DNA from: Lachnospiraceae bacterium
GTDB lineage: Bacteria; Bacillota_I; Bacilli_A; RFN20; CAG-826
Length of the DNA: 64,000 nt
Reading direction: 5' to 3'
Assembly: GCA_963654425.1 (NCBI GenBank)
Contig: CAVKAR010000003.1
Span: forward strand, 7,372 to 71,371
Below the pieces are notes generated by a model. That model was not told the origin of the DNA. It did not search any database and was given only the letters and a program-made list of their open reading frames with translations. Made by a program: the position numbers and the translations under genes. Below are positions 57,533 to 64,000 of the stretch, piece after piece (position 1 is the first letter of the stretch; every line of letters starts with the position of its first letter).

Positions 57533-57976
57533 ATGGATTTGCTGAGCCTTGCTTCATCCGTATTTCCGAAAAACGTAATCACGATGAAGAGCGCTCTAGT
57601 TGTCCATGGTTTAGCGGATCGAGACGAAAACGATCCTCTTGATTTATGCCTCGCCCCTTTTCAGAAAAAGATAAAGGACGAGCAAATCCGTTATTGGATT
57701 CTTCCAAAGCATCTCTTTGAAATCGGATCGTTTTATTTGGATAAAGGCGATGAATCTTATTTGATTTATGATTTGCCGTCTTTATGCGCTCAGTATCTAT
57801 ACTTTTTCGTGACCGAAAAGATAAATCGCTCTTATTTCCTCGAGGGGATGGGAGCCATAAAGAAAGCCTTAAAGGGGCAAGAGAAAGAAAAAGCGATGAT
57901 GAAGGAGCATTTATATCTTTATCCCCAAGCACGTGTTTTGATGTCGTTATTCGATGAATATATTCTTAAAGAATGA
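57533..57976 (+). CDS. Hypothetical protein (147 aa)
   Basis: Start trimmed to the ATG at 57533 behind AGAGGG. No motif recognised. Its stop abuts the stop of the convergent gene with zero spacing. Confidence 0.45.
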   Translation: MDLLSLASSVFPKNVITMKSALVVHGLADRDENDPLDLCLAPFQKKIKDEQIRYWILPKHLFEIGSFYLDKGDESYLIYDLPSLCAQYLYFFVTEKINRSYFLEGMGAIKKALKGQEKEKAMMKEHLYLYPQARVLMSLFDEYILKE

Positions 57977-58327
57977 TCAAATGCCTTTTTTGGCGAGCTC
58001 TAACTCTCTTTTTTCGGCTTCCTTTTTCGCTTCTTCTTCCGCATCTTTGCTTTCTTTGCGGGCTAAATAAGCCTCTTTGACATCTTCTGGAATATCGCCG
58101 GAAGCGCTGACGCCTATTACGCCCGGCACTTCTTCGCAAAGGATAATCTCAACGCCGGAGGCAATATCATCCAAGGCGTATGAGCAGCCTTCGCATGCCC
58201 CTTTCATCGTCAAATAGACGATTCCGTCTTTGAAACCGATCAATTCGACATCGCCGCCATCGCGGTAAAGAAACGGGCGTACCTTATCCAATACTGTCTC
58301 TATTTGTTCTTCGATATTCTCATCCAT
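57977..58327 (-). CDS. NifU C-terminal-domain (Nfu-type) Fe-S protein with a K/E-rich tail
   Basis: Start trimmed to the ATG at 58327 (MDENIEEQIETVLDKVRPFLYRDGGDVEL...MKGACEGCS), giving the CxxC Nfu motif. The C-terminal tail is KESKDAEEEAKKEAEKRELELAKKGI. Confidence 0.8.
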   Translation of the reverse strand: MDENIEEQIETVLDKVRPFLYRDGGDVELIGFKDGIVYLTMKGACEGCSYALDDIASGVEIILCEEVPGVIGVSASGDIPEDVKEAYLARKESKDAEEEAKKEAEKRELELAKKGI

Positions 58328-58383
58328 AGCAACGCATATTCTAGTTATATGGCATTTTCTTCGCAAGGAAGATGATTGCCTTC

Positions 58384-58404
58384 ATTCTTACTCTTAGTAA
58401 GAAT
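58384..58404. repeat. Perfect 8-bp-arm inverted repeat in the divergent promoter region
   Basis: ATTCTTAC-tctta-GTAAGAAT, about 35 nt upstream of a TATAAT at 58439-44. Confidence 0.6.
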
Positions 58405-58455
58405 TGCCCCTTTTTCTTTCCTTTTTCGGCTTATTCTCTATAATTGTTCCGTTTT

Positions 58456-58830
58456 ATGGAAGCGAATGAAGTAAGGACTGTGGAAAGGAAAATGCTCGGC
58501 GCGTTGAAGCTTCTTTTCGATGCTGGGTTTTTGGTCAACAGATTCGGTCTATCGAAAGTGATACGCGGTGAGCCTGATAGGGAAACGGCCCCAATCGCTT
58601 ATTTGCCGTGTTTTGGCTATGCTCCGTCACTATCGAGGAAAACGATTTCTCGGCGCCTTCTTTCTTTGCTCAAAAAGGAAATGGTGGAAATCCATCCTTT
58701 CTCAAGCCTCAAAGAAGCTATCTTCTTGACGGAGGAAGGCAAAAGGTTGGCCAACACCAATATAATCATGAGCAAGTCACTTGTCGAAAGGGAAAATACC
58801 AACATCATTCGCTACAAAGGAGAACTATGA
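58456..58830 (+). CDS. Small hypothetical protein, possible RQC/HTH_40-like winged-helix domain
   Basis: LSKVIRGEPDRETAP...LPCFGYAPSLSRKTISRRLLSLLKKEMVEI resembles the winged helix found C-terminal to RecQ-type helicases, judged from memory only. The ATG at 58456 lies only 11 nt after the TATAAT and has no SD. Confidence 0.4.
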   Translation: MEANEVRTVERKMLGALKLLFDAGFLVNRFGLSKVIRGEPDRETAPIAYLPCFGYAPSLSRKTISRRLLSLLKKEMVEIHPFSSLKEAIFLTEEGKRLANTNIIMSKSLVERENTNIIRYKGEL

Positions 58831-60539
58831 AAAAAGATCTGGAAAAATTCGAAGATTGGCCTTTTGTTTGCCCGAAAACTTCAGCGGTCGTCAAGAAGAT
58901 GAATGCTTTGACTGCTGAATTCAAAGGAGCCAAAGATGAGTATGAGGCTTATTATGCTTTCAAGAAGATGAGCCGCTACAGCGACAAAATAAGCGACGAT
59001 ATCACGCATGTTCAAGTCCTTTACTCTTTGGAGACGACGAATCCTCTTTATGAAAAGTCGATGAATTCCCTCAATGAGGGGTTGCCGCTTATCCAAGTGG
59101 CGTCCATGGAATTCGAAAAAGCCGTCATCGGTAGTCCGTTTCGTCCTTATTTAGAGAAGAAGCTCGGCTCATTCCTTTTCAAGAAATATGAATATTCTTT
59201 GAAGAGTTTCGATGAAAAAGTCGTCGAGGAAGCGCAAAAAGAGAACGATTTGGTCATGAAATACGAAGCCGCCATAGCCTCTATGAAAGTGGAATTCCGC
59301 GGTTCTAGCTACAATCTTCCCCAGATGGGAAAATTCCTCGTTGATAATGACCGCGAAACGAGAAAAGAAGCCGCGAAAGCTTACTACGGTTATCTAGAAA
59401 CAAGAGCCGATGAACTTGAGGACATCTATTCGGAGCTCGTAAAGGTTCGCGATGCGATGGCGAAGAAACTCGGATACAAGAATTATGTCGAACTGGCCTA
59501 TATTCGCATGAGCCGCTTCGATTATGATGAAAAACTCGTCGCTTCTTACCGCAATCAGATCCTTGAAGTCGTTACGCCATTAGTCAACAAACTTAAAAAA
59601 GACCAATTCAAGAGGCTCGGCATAAAGACCCCGAAAGTGTACGATATGGGCGTAATGTTTAAAGGCGGAAACCCAACCCCGAATGGGACGACTGAGGAAA
59701 AAGTCGAACATGCCAAAAAGATGTATGATGCTCTTTCTAGCGACACTTCTTACTTTTTCTCGTTTATGGTCGATCGTCATTTGATGTTTCTCGACGCAAA
59801 GCCAGGCAAGCAATCTGGCGGCTACATGACTTATTTCCCCGTTCACGAGTGTCCGATCATTTTCTCCAATTTCAATGGGACGAGTGGCGATGTCGATGTT
59901 CTCACTCACGAATTCGGCCACAGCTTCCAAGCTTATTTATCACGCAATATCAAAATCGCGGAAAATCGCGCTCCGACCATGGAATCATGTGAGATTCATT
60001 CGATGTCGATGGAATTCTTCGCTGAGCCTTATATGGATCTCTTCTTCGCTGAGCCAGATAAATACCGTTATCTCCACTTGGCCGATTCGATTTCCTTCTT
60101 GCCATATGGGGTAACAGTTGACGAATTCCAGCAATGGGTTTATGAGCATCCTGATGCCAAAAAGGAAGAAAGAGACGAAGAGTGGCACCGCCTTGAGGAA
60201 AAATATACGCCTTGGAAAGTCAAGCTCGAGAAAGATTGCCCATATCTATATTCTGGGCATCGCTGGCTCACCCAATCGCATATTTTCGCTTCGCCTTTCT
60301 ATTATATCGACTACACTTTGGCGCAAGTTTGCGCATTCGAGTTCTTCAATATTGATCGCAAAAACCACGAAAAAGCCTGGAAAAAATACGTCAAACTCTG
60401 CAAGTTAGGCGGAAATTATCCTTTCCAGACCCTTTTAGCGATGGTCGGCCTCAAGAGTCCTTTCGAAGAAGGGGTTCTCAAAAAGACTATCAATCCTCTG
60501 AAGAAGGTTCTTGGTTCCTATCACGCCGAAAACTTCTAA
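58827..60539 (+). CDS. M3B-family oligoendopeptidase (PepF-like)
   Basis: Start trimmed to the ATG at 58827 behind AAAGGAG (ATGA overlap with the upstream ORF). Zinc motif HEFGH (LTHEFGHSFQ). Confidence 0.85.
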   Translation: MKKDLEKFEDWPFVCPKTSAVVKKMNALTAEFKGAKDEYEAYYAFKKMSRYSDKISDDITHVQVLYSLETTNPLYEKSMNSLNEGLPLIQVASMEFEKAVIGSPFRPYLEKKLGSFLFKKYEYSLKSFDEKVVEEAQKENDLVMKYEAAIASMKVEFRGSSYNLPQMGKFLVDNDRETRKEAAKAYYGYLETRADELEDIYSELVKVRDAMAKKLGYKNYVELAYIRMSRFDYDEKLVASYRNQILEVVTPLVNKLKKDQFKRLGIKTPKVYDMGVMFKGGNPTPNGTTEEKVEHAKKMYDALSSDTSYFFSFMVDRHLMFLDAKPGKQSGGYMTYFPVHECPIIFSNFNGTSGDVDVLTHEFGHSFQAYLSRNIKIAENRAPTMESCEIHSMSMEFFAEPYMDLFFAEPDKYRYLHLADSISFLPYGVTVDEFQQWVYEHPDAKKEERDEEWHRLEEKYTPWKVKLEKDCPYLYSGHRWLTQSHIFASPFYYIDYTLAQVCAFEFFNIDRKNHEKAWKKYVKLCKLGGNYPFQTLLAMVGLKSPFEEGVLKKTINPLKKVLGSYHAENF

Positions 60540-60545
60540 AAAAAG

Positions 60546-60569
60546 AAAGCGGGGCGATGACCCCGCTTT
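60546..60569. terminator. Bidirectional intrinsic terminator between convergent genes
   Basis: AAAGCGGGG-cgatga-CCCCGCTTT flanked by A- and T-runs. Confidence 0.8.
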
Positions 60570-61436
60570 TCAAATGCCAGAGTAATAAGCGACGGTTTTT
60601 TGAACGGCATCCGAGAATTCTTTATCGTCCATGCTGACTTTGAACGAACTGATGAATAGGCGCGAAAAGGCCGGCACTAGCTCAGGATTGCTTTTGATCT
60701 TTCGCTCAATTTCTTCGCTCGGCAAATCGCCTGATTTCGCTAAGAGAGCCAAAACGCCGGGTTTTTCGCTCAATGGAGCGTAGAAATGGTCTTTGAGAGG
60801 AAATGAAAAACGATAGATTACCTTTCCTTTTTTCGACAATTTTTCGCTTCTTTTGAGTAGTTCGCTCAACAAACGTTTTTCGGCTTTCTCCCGATCGGCG
60901 ATATGGGTGTCAACCTCCAACTCGATAATCGGAATCAAATCGTGTTTCAAGGCTTCACGGGCGATGCGAAGGGTTTTTCTCACGGCGCTTTTGATAAGCG
61001 ATGAATCGCTCGAATAGATGAAGGACCTCGTTTTTATGCCACTAAATTGCTTTAGATGAGCAAAGGCTAAGCGCATTTTCAACTCTTCATAGGAAAGCGA
61101 TGGTGCTTTTAAGCCATGTTCCTCTTTCATCGCCCCGTCATCAAGTTTCAAATACGAAGGTATTCCTTTCATGAGCAAAAAAGCAGGAACGCTCATGCTC
61201 TCAATTTCTTCATAAGCGCTGTCGGGGGGCAAAATTACCCCATCGATGTAGGCGGAAGAGAAGAAAGGGTTGCTCAAGATGCGGTTGCGGAGATTCGAGA
61301 ATTCCTTCAATAGGGAGGCATAGGAATAATTAGGGGAAAAAGAATAGCCATATTGCTCTAAAACGCGTTTGACGGAAGAGGGGCTATTTTCATCAAGCGC
61401 GACAAAGAATTTTCTCGTCTCGTTCGCTTTCTCCAC
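60570..61436 (-). CDS. Class I fructose-bisphosphate-aldolase-family protein (Staphylococcus Fda type), divergent active site
   Basis: Collinear with my recollection of S. aureus Fda: FFVALDEN / FIAALDQS, YLKLDDG / FLKVDKG, GIKTRS / GTKMRS, LIPIIELEV / LVPIIEPEV, AFSRLF / SFSRAL. GTG start, overlapping the M32 stop by 1 nt. Confidence 0.65.
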   Translation of the reverse strand: MEKANETRKFFVALDENSPSSVKRVLEQYGYSFSPNYSYASLLKEFSNLRNRILSNPFFSSAYIDGVILPPDSAYEEIESMSVPAFLLMKGIPSYLKLDDGAMKEEHGLKAPSLSYEELKMRLAFAHLKQFSGIKTRSFIYSSDSSLIKSAVRKTLRIAREALKHDLIPIIELEVDTHIADREKAEKRLLSELLKRSEKLSKKGKVIYRFSFPLKDHFYAPLSEKPGVLALLAKSGDLPSEEIERKIKSNPELVPAFSRLFISSFKVSMDDKEFSDAVQKTVAYYSGI

Positions 61437-62929
61437 TACTTTGTCTTTCCGAACTTATTGTTGAGATAGCTTATGAAAGCGGCAGAAGAAGCTTTTTTGC
61501 CAATGACCTGTTCAATCCACTCATTAGGGGTCAAATAGTCATAAGCGAAATCGTTTTCCTTGAGCCAAGCGAGGATTTGATCCATCTTTCCTGCCTGTAT
61601 CAAATCCAGCAAGCCAATCTCGTCATTCATCTTTTCCCTTATTTCGGCTCCGTATATATTGCCCAAGGCATAACTTGGGAAATAGCCGAATTCAGCGTCG
61701 GTCCAATGGATATCCTGCATACATCCATCTTTGTCCGATTCGACATCGACCCCTAAATATGATTTGTATTTTTCCTTCCAAATCGCAGGAACGTCCTTGC
61801 ACTCGATTTTGCCGTTGATTAAATCGCGCTCAATTTCGTAACGGATGATGATATGAAGAGTATAAGTAAGCTCATCCGCTTCGGTTCGAATAAGCCCGGG
61901 CTCAACGCGGTTTATGGTTAAATAGAAGTCTTCATCGCTCATATATGCGAACCCGCCATCCAGGTTTTTAGCCACTAGTTTCTTTAACCTGGGGGCGAAT
62001 TCTTCGCTTCGCCCGATTAGGTTCTCGTAGAAGCGCGAATGGGTTTCGCAGTTTGCTGAGGTAGCCAGATTCTCGACGAAATTCTCATATTCCTCATCGC
62101 TCTTGTTTTGAAATTGGAGACAATGACCTCCTTCATGGAGGATCGTGAACAAATTGCTGCGATAATCGTTTATCGAATATTTGGTAGTGAGTCTTGCGTC
62201 AAAACGTGAGATATCGGCTGAGAAAGGATGGGCGCTCACTTTGAGCGTGCCGCCATTTTTATCGAATCCAATCAAATCAAGAAGGTCATAAGAAAGAGCT
62301 AATTGTTTAGCGATCGATACCGGCTTAATCGGGGGAAGAGGGTGAGCGTTTTGCTTGGAGATAGCCATTGGAAGAAGTCTGATTATGGCTTTTTTTATCG
62401 GCATGAAGAGATTGTCGAGATACTCGCTCGTTTCGCCAGGCTCGTAAGAATCGAGCAAAGCGTCATAAGGGGTCTTCATCCCGTCTTTCATGCGCGCATT
62501 TGCTAAAAGGCGAGCCCATTTCACGCATTCTTCCCAATAAGGGAGCCAGTTTGCGAAATCATCGGAATTTCGATACAGCCTCCACATCTCATTGCTTTTG
62601 CTAAAAGCTTTTTTCGCGGATGTATAATCCTTTAAGGAAACCTTTTCCATGAGTGATATTTCATCATTGAGCACAAGGAAAAGCCTTTTTTCGTAACTTG
62701 AAAGATTCTTTTGCTCTAAGCCGCGCTTTACGAGATTCTTAAATGATGTTTCTTGGGCCATCGAGGCTAAAGAGGAATCATAAAAAGCCAAGAGATTGGA
62801 TTGGTCTTCAATTGTTTTTTGAGGAGCGGCGGTGGCTAAATCGAAATAAATGAGATTCGTTAGATAGCGGAGCCTCCTTCTTTTCTCTAAATACGGTCTT
62901 AATGCTTCAAAGTAAAGGTTATGTTTCAT
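61436..62929 (-). CDS. M32-family (Taq-type) metallocarboxypeptidase
   Basis: HEGGH zinc motif, plus the M32 landmarks DIHW and GYFPSYALGNIY. Confidence 0.85.
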   Translation of the reverse strand: MKHNLYFEALRPYLEKRRRLRYLTNLIYFDLATAAPQKTIEDQSNLLAFYDSSLASMAQETSFKNLVKRGLEQKNLSSYEKRLFLVLNDEISLMEKVSLKDYTSAKKAFSKSNEMWRLYRNSDDFANWLPYWEECVKWARLLANARMKDGMKTPYDALLDSYEPGETSEYLDNLFMPIKKAIIRLLPMAISKQNAHPLPPIKPVSIAKQLALSYDLLDLIGFDKNGGTLKVSAHPFSADISRFDARLTTKYSINDYRSNLFTILHEGGHCLQFQNKSDEEYENFVENLATSANCETHSRFYENLIGRSEEFAPRLKKLVAKNLDGGFAYMSDEDFYLTINRVEPGLIRTEADELTYTLHIIIRYEIERDLINGKIECKDVPAIWKEKYKSYLGVDVESDKDGCMQDIHWTDAEFGYFPSYALGNIYGAEIREKMNDEIGLLDLIQAGKMDQILAWLKENDFAYDYLTPNEWIEQVIGKKASSAAFISYLNNKFGKTK

Positions 62930-63037
62930 ATTTTTCTCTTCTTGCGCTTATTTTCGCACGCGCGCGAAAGATAACAAGAAGGAAGTAGCGCATATCTGCT
63001 AGAAGGCATAAAGATGGGCTAAAGGTGAAAAGGATTG

Positions 63038-63210
63038 TATAATGTAGATGCTCAATTGAGCGTGGGTCCCAAATTGTTCCCCTACGTTTCGCAATAGGAG
63101 CCCTGACTGGAGATAGCCTGTGTTGAAAGCCCATCGTGAATGGGAATCCTGATGGCTTGACCAAGAGCCCCACCTTCCAGATTGGGAGGAAACACGAAGG
63201 GACCCTTTTT
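63038..63210 (+). ncRNA. Candidate structured leader RNA / sRNA of unknown class upstream of the aldo/keto reductase
   Basis: TATAAT at 63038-43. Palindrome GCTCAATTGAGC at 63050-61. GGGTCCC (63064-70) pairs with GGGACCC (63199-205), followed by T5. A second helix pairs 63075-82 with 63185-94. An internal hairpin pairs 63131-35 with 63151-55. A competing local hairpin pairs 63173-78 with 63184-89. Confidence 0.4.
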
Positions 63211-63264
63211 CGAAAAATACCATAATGATTGAATATCGTTTCAAACTATAGAGAGGATGAAAAA

Positions 63265-64000
63265 ATGAAAGGTTTTGAAGGCGTTAAAAAGAATTTCGGC
63301 TTTGGATGCATGAGACTCCCTCTTCAAGAAGGGCGAGTAGATTATGCCGAATTCACCAAGATGATCGACTTTTTCATGGATAACGGGTTCAATTATTTTG
63401 ATACAGCAAGGGTCTACCTTGAAGGGCAAAGCGAAACGGCTCTCCGGGACTGCTTGGTTAAACGCTACCCTCGCTCTAGCTTCTTTTTCGTTGATAAACT
63501 ATCGGGCAGCTGTTTTAGCAAAGAAGAAGAGATAATCCCTTTATTCAACAAGCAATTGGAATCAACCGGTTTAGAATACTTCGATCTTTATCTAATGCAC
63601 GCGCAAAACAAGCAGCTTTTCGAAAAATACAAGCGCTGCCATGCCTATGAAACAGCCTTTAAGCTGAAAAAAGAAGGCAAAATCAGACATGTTGGGCTTT
63701 CTTTTCACGATAAAGCTGAAGTTCTCGATGAAATTTTAAGCGAGTACCCTGAAATCGAAGCGGTCCAAATTCAGCTCAATTACCTAGATTTTGAAGATCC
63801 GGCCATCCAATCGCGCCTCTGCTATGAGGTGTGTGTGAAGCATGATAAGCCGGTTATCGTTATGGAGCCTGTGAAAGGCGGTAATTTAGCCAATCTCCCA
63901 GATGAGGCCAAGCCGATCATCAACGAGTTGCATAACGGAAGCGAGGCTAGCTTCGCTATCCGTTTTGCCGCTGGATTCGACGGTGTTTTCATGGTTCTTT
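63265..64000 (+). CDS. Aldo/keto reductase (N-terminal 245 codons; runs off the window end)
   Basis: Absent from the track because it is truncated. Hand translation gives MKGFEGVKKNFGFGCMRLP...NYFDTARVYLEGQSE...VDKLS...YLMHA..., covering the AKR D/Y/K/H tetrad context. The frame is open to 64000. Confidence 0.8.
   Translation, partial: MKGFEGVKKNFGFGCMRLPLQEGRVDYAEFTKMIDFFMDNGFNYFDTARVYLEGQSETALRDCLVKRYPRSSFFFVDKLSGSCFSKEEEIIPLFNKQLESTGLEYFDLYLMHAQNKQLFEKYKRCHAYETAFKLKKEGKIRHVGLSFHDKAEVLDEILSEYPEIEAVQIQLNYLDFEDPAIQSRLCYEVCVKHDKPVIVMEPVKGGNLANLPDEAKPIINELHNGSEASFAIRFAAGFDGVFMVL

Noticed and set aside
57974-57979. Convergent genes whose stop codons abut with zero spacing (57976/57977) and no terminator between them.
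   Set aside because: Real but probably trivial gene packing, with no structure or motif to interpret. It also depends on the reality of the weakly supported 147-aa ORF.
63125-63155. Hammerhead-like fragments (GAAA ... CTGATGG), and a loop GUGAAUGGGA reminiscent of the THF riboswitch P3 loop, in the unknown leader.
   Set aside because: The order and spacing of the elements do not fit any hammerhead permutation, and CTGATGG is not CUGAUGA. Apart from the loop, the THF consensus junctions and the pseudoknot partner position do not match. Only a covariance-model scan could settle it.
1-64000. Search for CRISPR arrays, tandem repeats, IS or integrase genes, prophage or defence-system signatures (RT, nuclease-ATPase pairs, toxin-antitoxin).
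   Set aside because: Nothing of this kind was seen by eye. Every large ORF except a few small or orphan ones has a housekeeping assignment, so the window is core rather than accessory.

Overview
This is a gene-dense, mostly syntenic core chromosome segment from a Bacillota-type organism (Erysipelotrichia- or Mollicutes-like). It uses genetic code 11 (TGA is a stop) and is roughly mid-40s %GC by eye. I found no CRISPR array, transposase, integrase, phage genes or tRNA/rRNA genes. Gene content in order: recN (partial); a seven-gene pstSCAB-phoU-phoPR phosphate operon; a C69 dipeptidase; ldh; an SDR/tyrosine-phosphatase pair; a UPF0104-GT4 glycolipid pair with recX and yhaM; HIT; two tandem giant lipoproteins, one with a split parvulin (PrsA-like) signature; sufCDSUB; mnmG-rsmG-parA-parB plus an orphan ORF; an FMN riboswitch with ribU; ferredoxin; cmk-der; hup; a minimal CCA-type nucleotidyltransferase; dnaD-nth; recU; an exonuclease; gpsB; RNase P RNA; pgsA-recA-rny-ymdB-miaB-miaA; fhs; DUF951; two translationally coupled MacB-type fused ABC proteins; csp; ychF-ispF-argS; rpoE; an IMPase-family protein; a NifU-like protein; an M3 oligoendopeptidase; a class-I-aldolase-like protein; an M32 carboxypeptidase; and a partial aldo/keto reductase. 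No obvious novel multi-gene system such as a defence island is visible. The items most worth a second look are: (1) an unassigned ~150-nt switch-like structured RNA leader upstream of the aldo/keto reductase; (2) the asymmetric MacB-like ABC pair, whose first gene seems to need a non-canonical start behind a Shine-Dalgarno (SD) sequence sequestered in a hairpin; (3) a MiaB-YmcA(RicA)-like fusion next to rny-ymdB; (4) a head-and-neck-only CCA-type enzyme; (5) an aldolase homologue with Arg at the position I align to the Schiff-base Lys; (6) the tandem chaperone-like lipoproteins. All calls rest on hand translation and remembered family motifs; no searches were run.
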